64,000 nt of DNA from an uncultured Candidatus Saccharibacteria bacterium (GTDB lineage Bacteria; Patescibacteriota; Minisyncoccia; Phycocordibacterales; UBA918), in the NCBI GenBank assembly GCA_964425625.1, contig CAYRMI010000005.1, forward strand, positions 79-64,078. The letters are read 5' to 3'. Of this stretch, positions 28,141 through 38,263 are shown one piece after another (within the stretch, counting starts at the first letter, position 1; every line of letters begins with the position of its first letter). The position numbers and the translations under genes were made by a program. The notes under the pieces were generated by a model that was not told the origin of the DNA, did not search any database, and saw only the letters and a list, made by a program, of their open reading frames with translations.

Positions 28141-28859
28141 TTTTTGATTGTTACTACATAGTCCATAGTGGGGCCAGATTTTTGATTGAGACAGTCAAGT
28201 ATTAGTCCAAGTACTTGGATAGGGGCAAAAATAAAAAGCGATAGTAATGCTTTTAAAATAGTCGCTCTGAAAGTAATACTTTCAAAAGCCCAGATTACTA
28301 GTAGTTGGGCAAAGGTACCAAAAATACCAGTTGTCTGATTAATGGAAAAATTAGTGAAATTATTTTTTTTATAAAGTCGCTCATGCTCAAAACGAGTGAA
28401 GCGACGAAAATCATAAGGGACTTCATGTTCCGGATACATGAAGGGCATGGAGAAGAAAGCCCGCCCGTTCGGTTTCAAGACCCGGGCACATTCCTTAACT
28501 AATATTTCAGGGTCATCAGCATGCTCCAAAACTTGAGTACAGATAATGGCGTCAAATGATTGGTCGGGGAAGGGGATACTTTTACCGTCATAAAAAGCAT
28601 CGACCGTCTTGGCTTCGTCGGTATGTCCGCCACCGGCTATATCAATGCCAGTATAAGAAGGGGAAGAAAAAAGTTCTCGATAGGGTTTAATACCACAGCC
28701 AACGTCTAAGATTTTTGCCTCTGAGTTTGTTTCTTTAGCAAATTTTTTTATAGCGGTAAAAAGGGTAAAGCGGTTAATAAAATAGGGATTTACCAATACT
28801 GAGTACCACTGTGGTCGGAAGAAATTATCCTCCATAAATTGTTCCTTTAGTTTACTCAT
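28137..28859 (-). CDS. Class I SAM methyltransferase (type 11)
   Basis: LDVGCG.KPY, QVLEH, PYDFRRFT; ATG 28859 overlaps upstream stop region. Confidence 0.85.
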   Translation of the reverse strand: MSKLKEQFMEDNFFRPQWYSVLVNPYFINRFTLFTAIKKFAKETNSEAKILDVGCGIKPYRELFSSPSYTGIDIAGGGHTDEAKTVDAFYDGKSIPFPDQSFDAIICTQVLEHADDPEILVKECARVLKPNGRAFFSMPFMYPEHEVPYDFRRFTRFEHERLYKKNNFTNFSINQTTGIFGTFAQLLVIWAFESITFRATILKALLSLFIFAPIQVLGLILDCLNQKSGPTMDYVVTIKK

Positions 28860-29730
28860 GTTTCTTCTTAAAGACAGCAACTATTGTATGACCAGGTAAG
28901 GAACTCGCCTTGTTAGCAATGAAGGGTTTGGCAAAAACCTCAAAAATAATCTTATTCAAAATGCGTCCAACAATACCAAGGGGACGAAGTTTGTCACCAA
29001 AGTAAATTTGATAATGCGAACGATAATGATTGGGCTGTAGGTTTTCAGTGTGTACTGTCACGAGCTCAAGTGGAAAGTAATCCGGTAGCTTCGCGAACAC
29101 TTCAGCAGTCCAAAGTCCCATATGGTGTGGTGGCATATTAAGAAAACAGTATTGATCGTCTTTGAGAAAGCCGGCGTTGTTAGGAACACCAAAAATAATA
29201 TAGCCATTATCCTTAGTCGCATTGATAGCATCATTAATGAACCCTTTCACATCGGCAATATGCTCTAGTACCTGAAAAGAACAGCTGACATCGGCTTCTT
29301 TGGTTTGAGTAAAGGAAATACCTTTCATCTCCGCTTCACTGCGAGCTGCTTCATTTAGTTCTGAACCAAAAGCGATAATATTTTTAGTTTCTTTTTCATA
29401 AGTCAGGAAAGCACCGGTAGCACATCCTTGTTCAAAAACAGTATCGCCGGCTTTAATATAAGTATCTGCCACTTCATGCTCCCACTTACGTGTGACGTAG
29501 TAGAGTTCTTCTTTGGATAAGTCCTCATAAAAAAGACCATCCCCAGCCACATTAAGTGGGTAATAGAAACGATAGCCCGTATCATCACAACGGTAAATAG
29601 AAACTGAATCAAGGCCAGTAAAAAAACGTGCAACATCAGTATTGCGCTTGTATAAATCGATAATTCTCTTAGTAGATATACTACTTTCGTAAGTGGATTT
29701 GCCTCCAGTCAGTGGGCTTTTTATTTCCAT
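28852..29730 (-). CDS. Class I SAM methyltransferase
   Basis: EQGCATG, FQVLEH, NMPPHH; likely start MEIKSP. Confidence 0.8.
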   Translation of the reverse strand: MEIKSPLTGGKSTYESSISTKRIIDLYKRNTDVARFFTGLDSVSIYRCDDTGYRFYYPLNVAGDGLFYEDLSKEELYYVTRKWEHEVADTYIKAGDTVFEQGCATGAFLTYEKETKNIIAFGSELNEAARSEAEMKGISFTQTKEADVSCSFQVLEHIADVKGFINDAINATKDNGYIIFGVPNNAGFLKDDQYCFLNMPPHHMGLWTAEVFAKLPDYFPLELVTVHTENLQPNHYRSHYQIYFGDKLRPLGIVGRILNKIIFEVFAKPFIANKASSLPGHTIVAVFKKKHE

Positions 29731-30623
29731 AATGTGGACATTATAGCACTTAGCTTTAATACGATACGTTTCCATAAAGGCACAAAGAACATGACCTTGA
29801 ACGTGAAATTATCTGCATCAATAGCAATTTTGCGGGTTGTTGGGTGAGTAATTTTCTTCAACGGGATAGTGTTTAAGTTTGCTTGTGCCGTTAGCTCTAT
29901 GGTGTGTGTCGCGTCACTGCCAAATCCCTGGTTTGAGACTAGGTTCTGGTTGGGTAAAATACAAAGTCCGCGATAATACCATGTCGTATACAACCACCAA
30001 GCATCCCAGTGAGCTTTATTGCGGAGTAGTTTTAACCAATATCGTTTAGCGGCTGAAGAAAATGGTAATTCGTTGATCCTGCCTAACCTATCGTATTCGG
30101 GAAAATTAGCTACAGCTTCATGGTATTTTGTCCAAGCTCGGCGCCACGTCGCCCATCCCCAGCTGTGACTGTAGTGTGAAAAATAATAACTACCATCACC
30201 GTGCTGACGTCCTTCTTGAAAATTATTACCACTGATATGCATGATTTCTGGATCGTCTTTATAATATTCAAGTAGTTCTGCACAAAAATAAAAAAAACTT
30301 GGATCAGGAACACAGTCGTCTTCTAAAATAATGCCGTATGGGACATGAGAGAAAAACCAATCGATACCCTCAACAATATTAGGGGTCAATCCAACATTGG
30401 TTTCCTTAAAATGAGTTTTCACTTCACATTCCCAGGGAATGTCGGTAGCGATCCGTCTTGACTCAGCACAAAGAAGAGCTTCCTCAGGATTATTTGGTCG
30501 GGGACCATCAGCGAGTATATAGACATGTTTTGGTTTAACTAGTGAAAGTGCTTTAATCAATTGCTTGATTTTTTCTGGCCGTCTAAACGGAATAATTAGT
30601 ATCGGGACTTCATCTAGATTCAT
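29721..30623 (-). CDS. Nucleotide-diphospho-sugar transferase (GT-A, HlpA-like)
   Basis: FRRP, ADGPR, ILEDDC, WGWATWRRAW. Confidence 0.82.
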   Translation of the reverse strand: MNLDEVPILIIPFRRPEKIKQLIKALSLVKPKHVYILADGPRPNNPEEALLCAESRRIATDIPWECEVKTHFKETNVGLTPNIVEGIDWFFSHVPYGIILEDDCVPDPSFFYFCAELLEYYKDDPEIMHISGNNFQEGRQHGDGSYYFSHYSHSWGWATWRRAWTKYHEAVANFPEYDRLGRINELPFSSAAKRYWLKLLRNKAHWDAWWLYTTWYYRGLCILPNQNLVSNQGFGSDATHTIELTAQANLNTIPLKKITHPTTRKIAIDADNFTFKVMFFVPLWKRIVLKLSAIMSTLWK

Positions 30624-30668
30624 ATATATATTCTATAACTTCGTTCTCCCTAAAAACGTTACTAACGC

Positions 30669-31442
30669 CTAGGACTTTTTTGTAAAGACAAAGCAACCAC
30701 ATGCCCATTCCTGATTCTCTACTTCTTTCGGATTAGCATTCTCTATCAAACCACGCACTTCATAGTCATCAGGCACCATAGAGAATTCAGTGAGAATCAA
30801 TTCAGGAAATAGATCAAGTACTTGCTTGTACGAGTAAATACGGTGTGCATTAAAGGCTATTTTAGGTTTGCCAACTGGGGTTACAAAAATAAAGGTACCA
30901 CCCGGTGCAAGAACACGAGATAACTCTTTAGCTGCTTCAATGTCACCCTTCGGATTGATTGGATCACCGTAACGTCCTAGTCCAACATGTTCGACAGTAT
31001 GTAGACAAGAGAGGGAGTGAACACTGTTTGTCTCAAAGTGTAGTTTGGTGAGGTCCCCATGTTTTGATATCAGGTTTGGTAAATTGAGGTTTGCAGGTCT
31101 GTAGTCATAAAATTCAACTGGTACAAACGCAGATATTATAGTGCTGAAATGTAGAGTCGAAGCAATGTCGATATGCTTAGCTGGATTAACCCGCGCTACA
31201 ACACGCGCTGCCCAGGCAGGGTGATAGATATAGTGAGGATCGAATTTGGTGGTGGCTGTTTTGTCTAGTAGTAAGGGGAAGAGGTGGCGAAATTTTACCG
31301 TAAAACGTTCATCATTAAGACTCTTAAACTGTATAAGATCTGCAAAAAAGCGCGGCCATGAGATGAGTTTGCGTATAAAGACGTAAATAGGAATGACAAA
31401 GGGTACTTTTAGTAGTTGTTTTTTTAATGGAAAGTTTGGCAT
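30669..31442 (-). CDS. DUF268-like methyltransferase-fold protein
   Basis: EHVGLGRYGDP, FNAHRIY. Confidence 0.8.
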   Translation of the reverse strand: MPNFPLKKQLLKVPFVIPIYVFIRKLISWPRFFADLIQFKSLNDERFTVKFRHLFPLLLDKTATTKFDPHYIYHPAWAARVVARVNPAKHIDIASTLHFSTIISAFVPVEFYDYRPANLNLPNLISKHGDLTKLHFETNSVHSLSCLHTVEHVGLGRYGDPINPKGDIEAAKELSRVLAPGGTFIFVTPVGKPKIAFNAHRIYSYKQVLDLFPELILTEFSMVPDDYEVRGLIENANPKEVENQEWACGCFVFTKKS

Positions 31443-31446
31443 ATTA

Positions 31447-32535
31447 TTATTTGATTAGTGAGGGATTTGGTAATTGTTCCAGACGACCAAGTGAGAGTCC
31501 TTCTTGGGGTATTGATTGCTTGTTGCTTAAGCCTTTGTACAAATTGAACCACTCAGCAAAGGTGAGGAGGTGACTATTAGATACCCCACTGTAGTCTTTC
31601 ATTCGATATTCTTTATAGGAGTCGTACTTATACCAGTATAAATCAAGAGTCTCTCGGTCTACAATGCAGAAGTGATCAGCATAAGCCTGCCATGAGTCTT
31701 CGATTGACCAGGAGACACTACGACCGATGCGAGTGAGAAATTCGCTAGCTAGGTAAGATTCTGCTATGCGAGCGTCCATGACGTCTTGTACGGTGAGTAT
31801 GGGTTTTGCTGGGGCACTACGTGTATCATGCGCAGCGCTCCAATACTCTATCATATCGTCGATATGACCAAACTGGAACATATCAGTAACTAGATAAGGT
31901 ACATATTTAAGAGTTAAAAAACTCGAAGCAATAATACGATATTTTTGCTTAAAGCCCGGTGCTACGGGGAAGGCATGAATAAGATTAAGCAGAAATTCGT
32001 TAATATTAACGCCGTACATACGTTGGTCACAACGCGTTTTGTAGACAAACTCCGCTCCGGCTAGCTTGGCAGCCTCAAGGCCACTTAGGGTGGGAACAAG
32101 TTGGAAGTTTATGTTACCAATACCAGCAATAGAAGGTTTCTCGTTTTCGATTACTTTCACTCCTTCAGCTTTGAGTTCAGAAATAATTGTAGGATCGCTA
32201 CCAATGTCGGTTGAAACGATGATGATTGTTGAAGGAAAGTGCTTTTTATAAACCCGGACAGTTTCTATAGTAAAATTTTGTTCAGCAATCAGTCGACCTT
32301 CTAAAACAATTGCTGTTTTAGATGTTGACTTGAGAGGGTCAGACCACGTGTGAATTTTTTGGGCAGACATCGGTCGCGTATGCGTTGTAACAAACTCACG
32401 TTTAGCGGTGGAAACTTTAGCAAAAAACCATTTGATAGTGTTGATACGATAACGGTTGTACACCATCCAGAGTTGGTACCAGAAAGCTTTTCGGTCTTGG
32501 GTATATAAATGGTAGTAAAATTTAATTTTTTTCAT
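31447..32535 (-). CDS. WavE-like lipopolysaccharide synthesis protein
   Basis: IIVST, NINFQ..T..G, KTRCDQ, DMFQFG, AESYL. Confidence 0.7.
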   Translation of the reverse strand: MKKIKFYYHLYTQDRKAFWYQLWMVYNRYRINTIKWFFAKVSTAKREFVTTHTRPMSAQKIHTWSDPLKSTSKTAIVLEGRLIAEQNFTIETVRVYKKHFPSTIIIVSTDIGSDPTIISELKAEGVKVIENEKPSIAGIGNINFQLVPTLSGLEAAKLAGAEFVYKTRCDQRMYGVNINEFLLNLIHAFPVAPGFKQKYRIIASSFLTLKYVPYLVTDMFQFGHIDDMIEYWSAAHDTRSAPAKPILTVQDVMDARIAESYLASEFLTRIGRSVSWSIEDSWQAYADHFCIVDRETLDLYWYKYDSYKEYRMKDYSGVSNSHLLTFAEWFNLYKGLSNKQSIPQEGLSLGRLEQLPNPSLIK

Positions 32536-32552
32536 ACTTTCTTAGGCAATCC

Positions 32553-33515
32553 CTACTCCAGCATATTTTGTTCGAGTTCAAATCGGATCATCTCGTCGAG
32601 GATTTCATAGATTGTAACACTAGCCTTCCAGTTTAGTGTTTGTTCCGTTTGAGAGGTATGAGCGTATATCTTGGTAATTTTTTCTTCAGTTTGGTTATCC
32701 CTAGATGTAATCATTGTTTTAGGTATTCCGATTGAGTCAACAACATAATCGGCAATATCTTTGATTGTAGTTGGTATTCCGGTGCCAATGATGTAGTCGC
32801 GTGGCGAGTCGACCTGTAGGGATTTCCACATCGCTTCAACATACTCTTTTGCGCTACCAAAGTCGCGCCCGTTTAATATTTGACCAAGGACTATGGGTTT
32901 TGTATCGCCGTGCTTAATGGCGATGGCTTGGCGAATAAGTGATTTGGTGAAGGCTCCAGGGTGTCGCAGAGGTGACTCGTGTGGAAACAAAATACCGTTG
33001 ACAGCAAAAAGATTACTGTTATTGCGAAAACTCTGGGTCAAGAGGTGGGCAGTGGCTTTAGAGGTGCCATATGGAGTGCATGGTCCAAGTGGGCTAGATT
33101 GAGAAAGTGGTGCAGTCAAGGATGGGTCAAATATATCGGAGGATGAGGCATGAAAGAATTTAATGGCCGTATTCACTTTGGCACAGGCTTGAAGTAGATA
33201 AAAGGTTGAAAGCGTATTAAACCGAAGTGTTGGTATCGGGTCTTTGATTGAAGCGGAAACTGAGCTCTGAGCCGCGAGATGGTAGATCTCCGTAGGCTTA
33301 ATGTCGTCTACAAGTGCTTGTACAGCTACTTCATCAGTCAGGTCAATTGCGTGTAAGTGGCAAGCACCATTTATTTTTAGATATTCATGACGCCATAGAG
33401 TATCAGATTCGTCTCTGGTTATGCCATGAACCATATATCCCTGACTTAAGAGTAACTTGGCTAGATAACTACCATCTTGTCCAGAAATTCCTGTAATTAA
33501 TGCTGTTTTTGTCAT
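32553..33515 (-). CDS. GDP-mannose dehydratase-like SDR (divergent gmd/rmd paralog)
   Basis: [26 protein letters not shown]. Confidence 0.8.
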   Translation of the reverse strand: MTKTALITGISGQDGSYLAKLLLSQGYMVHGITRDESDTLWRHEYLKINGACHLHAIDLTDEVAVQALVDDIKPTEIYHLAAQSSVSASIKDPIPTLRFNTLSTFYLLQACAKVNTAIKFFHASSSDIFDPSLTAPLSQSSPLGPCTPYGTSKATAHLLTQSFRNNSNLFAVNGILFPHESPLRHPGAFTKSLIRQAIAIKHGDTKPIVLGQILNGRDFGSAKEYVEAMWKSLQVDSPRDYIIGTGIPTTIKDIADYVVDSIGIPKTMITSRDNQTEEKITKIYAHTSQTEQTLNWKASVTIYEILDEMIRFELEQNMLE

Positions 33516-33593
33516 GGATAGTGCCTTTATGGTAGGTTATTTTTCTATGGTATCATATTTTTATCAGCCTTTTTATTACAGTCAATATTACAC

Positions 33594-34313
33594 ATGAAAG
33601 CAGTTATTTTAGCCGGTGGAGAGGGTACGAGATTATTTCCAGTGACAAAGCTATTAAATAAGCATCTTTTGCCGATTTATGATAAGCCTATCATCCAGTA
33701 CGCGGTAGAGAAAATGATTAGTTTTGGGATCAAAGATGTTTTGATTGTTTCCAATCCCTTGTATATCACTCACTTCAAAAGGTTGTTTGCGGACGAAAAG
33801 AGATGTTCAGTTTCTTTTGTGATTCAAAAAGAACCAAAGGGGATTGCCCAAGGCTTACTGCTAGCTAAAAAATTTGTGGGTAAGGACAATGTACTGTTTT
33901 GGTTGGGTGATGGAATTGTGGAAGATGACATCTCCCGACATATTCATAATTTCACGACTGGCGCAAAAGTTTTTATAAAAAGAGTAAAAGACCCAGAAAG
34001 GTTTGGGGTGGCTACGGTAGATAAGAAACACCATGTGCTAGAGATAATAGAAAAGCCAACTGAGCCAAAAAGTAACTACGCTGTGACGGGGATTTACCTG
34101 TATGACAATACAGTTTTTGCCAAGATGAAAAATCAACCGACATCAGCCCGCGGCGAGTATGAAATAACCTACATAAATAACAAGTATATTGAAGAAGGTA
34201 CTCTTAAAGCAGTCTTCCTTAAGAAGCAATGGTTTGATATTGGGACCTTTGAGAGTCTTTATAAAGCCTCTACCTTTTTACGTCGAAAGGCTCTCAAGCT
34301 CAAGAAAAGTTAG
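33594..34313 (+). CDS. rfbA: Glucose-1-phosphate thymidylyltransferase
   Basis: LAGGEGTRL.P.T, KHLLPIYDKP, EKP, RGEYEIT. Confidence 0.88.
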   Translation: MKAVILAGGEGTRLFPVTKLLNKHLLPIYDKPIIQYAVEKMISFGIKDVLIVSNPLYITHFKRLFADEKRCSVSFVIQKEPKGIAQGLLLAKKFVGKDNVLFWLGDGIVEDDISRHIHNFTTGAKVFIKRVKDPERFGVATVDKKHHVLEIIEKPTEPKSNYAVTGIYLYDNTVFAKMKNQPTSARGEYEITYINNKYIEEGTLKAVFLKKQWFDIGTFESLYKASTFLRRKALKLKKS

Positions 34314-34316
34314 GTT

Positions 34317-35246
34317 ATGAAGACTATTTTAGTTACGGGCGGGGCAGGATTTATTGGTAGTAATTACCTTAATTTTGCCGTGCCAGTATATCCAGATATT
34401 ACTTTTGTTAATGTAGATATACTGACGTATGCCGCTTCGCGAGCAAATTTAACGGTTGAATCAATGTCAAATTATGTATTTGCGCAAGTTGATATTACCG
34501 ATGAATTGGCTCTCGATAAGTTATTTAAAGAATACAAGCCGGAGGGGATTATCCATTTTGCGGCCGAGAGTAATGTAGACAAAAGCATAGAGCGACCAGA
34601 TGCATTTATTTCAACAAATGTAATGGGTACAAATATTCTGCTACGTCTCGCACTCCAGCATAAAGTGTTGCGCTTTCACCAGATATCAACCGATGAGGTT
34701 TATGGCTCACTGGAAATTAATGAATCGGCCTTTACTGAAGTGCATCCACTTGCTCCTAATAACCCATATAGTGCTTCAAAAGCAGCGGCTGATCTTTTGG
34801 TTCGTTCTTATCATAAAACCTATGGACTTAATACAGTAATTACTCGATGTTCAAATAATTTTGGTCCCAACCAAGATGATACAAAATTGATTCCACGTTT
34901 TATTAAAAAGCTGAAAGCGGGAGAGAAAGTTCCTGTATATGGAGACGGGTTGCAACGCCGAGACTGGCTTCATGTGTCTGACCATGTATCAGCTATAGAC
35001 CTTGTATTTAATAATGGTAAAGCCGGTGAGGTCTACAATGTTGGTAGTGATCATGATATGAGTAATATCGAAGTAGTAAGGACCCTCCTGGCACATTTTG
35101 ACAGAAATGAGGACGCTATTGATTATGTAACGGATCGGCTCGGTCACGATTTCAGGTATGCGATTGATTCAAGTAAATTAGCGAAGGAGCTAGGGTGGGT
35201 ACCAAAAATTTCTTTTGAGGAGGGGATTAGGATGCTGATAAGGTAA
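34317..35246 (+). CDS. rfbB: dTDP-glucose 4,6-dehydratase
   Basis: TGGAGFIG, HFAAES.VD, STDEVYG, YSASK, DRLGHDFRYA. Confidence 0.92.
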   Translation: MKTILVTGGAGFIGSNYLNFAVPVYPDITFVNVDILTYAASRANLTVESMSNYVFAQVDITDELALDKLFKEYKPEGIIHFAAESNVDKSIERPDAFISTNVMGTNILLRLALQHKVLRFHQISTDEVYGSLEINESAFTEVHPLAPNNPYSASKAAADLLVRSYHKTYGLNTVITRCSNNFGPNQDDTKLIPRFIKKLKAGEKVPVYGDGLQRRDWLHVSDHVSAIDLVFNNGKAGEVYNVGSDHDMSNIEVVRTLLAHFDRNEDAIDYVTDRLGHDFRYAIDSSKLAKELGWVPKISFEEGIRMLIR

Positions 35247-35279
35247 AATAAATTAATAAAGGTAATTAGTCAGGCCTCT

Positions 35280-36482
35280 TTACTTATTCATGAATAAAAA
35301 ATTTTTTATTCTCACAAGGAGGATTTTAAACCTATTTGCATCAAGCTCCATTTTTCTTGGAATTGGTTTACAGGAACTTTTTTTGATTGCTTCACTTTCA
35401 ATCTGGGACTCCATGGTACCCGCAAGTGCAGTCTCGCATCGAGCTATATTATAGATGATGACTTTAGAGTCTGGGTACTCCTTTGCTATCTCTAGATATA
35501 AAACATGAGCATCTTGGTACTTTTTTTCACGAAACAAGAAGACGGCTTTGATAAACTTATCTTCTGCGCCTTTAGGAACATCAAGATTTCTATTGTATTT
35601 AAGATAACCGTCTTGTACAAGATATTTTTTAAAGTCATGCCTAAATATACCTCGGCCTATTTGCTTATAACTTTCTGAAAAAAAGGCCTTAATATTATTT
35701 TTACCGAGTTTATTTTGAGAAAAAATATCATACTGTATAATATTTTTAATTGAATCTTGGGAGAAGAGACACAAAATCTCTTCAAAAATAAGATAGAAGT
35801 TAATTGAGAATAAACCCTCTTCATATACTCGGTGAAAGTATCCTTTACTAAGGATGGCTTGTCGGTGCAAAAAAATAGTATCGGGACAAACATACACAGT
35901 ATTTCCGGCAGATAGAAATCTTATCTCAAAGCACTGAGTGTCAAATCCATGTTTTTCAGGATACCCTTGAGTTTTATTGTAGGCTTCTTTGGTAAAAAGG
36001 AAATTATCTAGCAGAGCTGAAGTATCATCAAACAGATTTTCAAATGTTATTGGTTCATTAGATATCTTATTATAGTGTGCGCTATAGTGAGTCTGGTCAT
36101 TTTCTTTGAAGTATCTTCTTTCATGTATCGCAACCCCGTCACAATTTTTATGTATCAAGTATTCAATCATTTTCTGCATGGTGTTTGGAAACAGTAAGTT
36201 GTCACTATCTAAGCAAAAAATAAGATCCCCTTGACTATGTTTGATACCACTATTTCTGGTCGCTCCACCACCTTGGTTGTGGGTGTGATAAAAAAGCTTT
36301 ATTTCTGGATGAACGTTACTAAGCTTTTTCATTAGAGCTACAGTTTCGTCTGTTGATTTATCATCAACCATCACTATTTCAAATGGCGTGTTGAGATTTT
36401 GTGCATACACTGAAGCCACGGCTTCTTCTAAAGTTGCTGTACAATTGTAACAAGGGATAATTATTGAGAGTTTATGATTCAT
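35280..36482 (-). CDS. GT2 glycosyltransferase with C-terminal TPR-like extension
   Basis: IIPCYN, DDKSTD, LDSDN. Confidence 0.85.
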   Translation of the reverse strand: MNHKLSIIIPCYNCTATLEEAVASVYAQNLNTPFEIVMVDDKSTDETVALMKKLSNVHPEIKLFYHTHNQGGGATRNSGIKHSQGDLIFCLDSDNLLFPNTMQKMIEYLIHKNCDGVAIHERRYFKENDQTHYSAHYNKISNEPITFENLFDDTSALLDNFLFTKEAYNKTQGYPEKHGFDTQCFEIRFLSAGNTVYVCPDTIFLHRQAILSKGYFHRVYEEGLFSINFYLIFEEILCLFSQDSIKNIIQYDIFSQNKLGKNNIKAFFSESYKQIGRGIFRHDFKKYLVQDGYLKYNRNLDVPKGAEDKFIKAVFLFREKKYQDAHVLYLEIAKEYPDSKVIIYNIARCETALAGTMESQIESEAIKKSSCKPIPRKMELDANRFKILLVRIKNFLFMNK

Positions 36483-37281
36483 TTTTCACACCACTCCTCA
36501 TTTTTGCGTAAACGTCACCAAAATCTGTATCAATAAATGATTGCTTTGTAACCAGTTCCAACATTTCATTGCCGGAAATCCAGTTATTTAAAGTAAGCTG
36601 CATGCTTTCTCCGACAGAGTAATTAAACATGACGTCTTGATTGATTGCGATAATTAGTTTGACACACTTTATGACATTCTCTGTTTGTTCAGGGGTTGCG
36701 TATTCAAATGATATTAAATTAATTGAAGATGTTAATCCTTTTAGCACATTAGGTTCATACCCTTCAACATCTATTTTAATAAATTTAGGAATACCATAAG
36801 TTTTGATTGCATTATCTAGGGTATTTACTTCAACATTTTGAGTCTCACTCCACTCAAAATTTTTAAATCTGGTATCTTTTACAGAATCAATCCATTCAGG
36901 TGAAAGTGAAGATAAGCCAGAAAAGTTTGAAACATATAAATTAGTAGACCCTTCTTTGGCACCTAACGCTTGCGGTACAACAGTTATTTTGTTTCCAAAC
37001 TTCCATTTTAAAATTTTTATACAGGAACCCTGAGGTTCAAAAGCTATTATTTTTGCTCCTAATTGCAATAGAGGGGAAACTCTATTGCCGGTATTTGCTC
37101 CCACATCAAAGCACAGATCTCCTTTATGGATAAATTGTGAATAAAATAAACGCCTCTTTTCATTTTCTTTCATCTCTTCTTTATATGATTCTCCCGGCCA
37201 GATTTTATTCTTGATATCTTTGAGTATATATATGACATCGTCTCCAATTAGGTACTTAATTTTATTTTTAAATGATCTCAT
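36472..37281 (-). CDS. FkbM-family methyltransferase
   Basis: DVGANTG, FEPQ, KIDVEGYE. Confidence 0.9.
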   Translation of the reverse strand: MRSFKNKIKYLIGDDVIYILKDIKNKIWPGESYKEEMKENEKRRLFYSQFIHKGDLCFDVGANTGNRVSPLLQLGAKIIAFEPQGSCIKILKWKFGNKITVVPQALGAKEGSTNLYVSNFSGLSSLSPEWIDSVKDTRFKNFEWSETQNVEVNTLDNAIKTYGIPKFIKIDVEGYEPNVLKGLTSSINLISFEYATPEQTENVIKCVKLIIAINQDVMFNYSVGESMQLTLNNWISGNEMLELVTKQSFIDTDFGDVYAKMRSGVKNES

Positions 37282-37322
37282 ATAGTTGTAAAGGTTTTAA
37301 TTTATTTTGATAAATGTTTTTT

Positions 37323-38189
37323 CTAGGTAGCAGCGATGAAACATCTACCATCTTTCTCTTCCTTGAGTAGTTCAACTTTGTAGTTAAGTTCATGCAACAC
37401 TTGCCCTACTTTTAGCATATTAAAAATTGAATGGATTTCAATTAAAAGTATGGGCTTATAACGCAGAAGGAATTGCTTTCCACCTTCTAGGGCCAAATAC
37501 TCTGCCCCTTCGATATCGATTTTTATCAAAAAGGGTGGTTCGTTTATGCCTATGTCCTGCAATGAGTCTAGCGAGACCGTTTTTGTCTTTTCTTTTTTGT
37601 AGCCAAGATTCTTTTCATAAGAATCTTTCTCATAAAAAGTATGAGAACTATCTATAAAACTTCCACTTGAGGTGCCGTCGTCAAGGTTATCATTAAAGTT
37701 AAAATCTTCCTCACCTGTTTTGTTTGAGATAGCGGTGTCGTGTATTTCAATAATTTTTTCCATGTCCGTATTTTCTGTCAGAAAATATTCAAATCTTTTC
37801 TTGTTATAAATGTTTGGTTCAAAAGCAATTACTTTACCATTTTTCCCAACAAGTTCAGCAAAACACATAGAACTATAACCAAAATGAGCACCAATGTCGT
37901 AAACTATTTTTCCTTTTAGATCTAACTTCTTTAAGTAGTCTATAAAGAACTCATCATATTCGCCACTGATCATATCTTTCCATACGCCTGTCGAGTAGAC
38001 AAAAATTTTCCTACCTTTGAGGATTCCACCTTGAACAGTATTCCAGGTAGGGGTAAAACGGTCTTTTTTAAGGAAACGATTAGCCCACTTTTGTAGCTTT
38101 GGGTATATAGAACTACTTTTTAAGAAAGAAAACATAAATGGCGGAGTTATTGAATGGATTGTGTTATATAGGCTACCTTTATTTATCAT
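37323..38189 (-). CDS. FkbM-family methyltransferase
   Basis: DIGAHFG, FEPN, KIDIEGAE. Confidence 0.9.
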   Translation of the reverse strand: MINKGSLYNTIHSITPPFMFSFLKSSSIYPKLQKWANRFLKKDRFTPTWNTVQGGILKGRKIFVYSTGVWKDMISGEYDEFFIDYLKKLDLKGKIVYDIGAHFGYSSMCFAELVGKNGKVIAFEPNIYNKKRFEYFLTENTDMEKIIEIHDTAISNKTGEEDFNFNDNLDDGTSSGSFIDSSHTFYEKDSYEKNLGYKKEKTKTVSLDSLQDIGINEPPFLIKIDIEGAEYLALEGGKQFLLRYKPILLIEIHSIFNMLKVGQVLHELNYKVELLKEEKDGRCFIAAT

Positions 38190-38263
38190 ATATGTTTTTT
38201 ATTTATCTAAGGTTATCAATATTGTACTTCATAAGCAAGATTTATAATTTTATTAACTTAAAA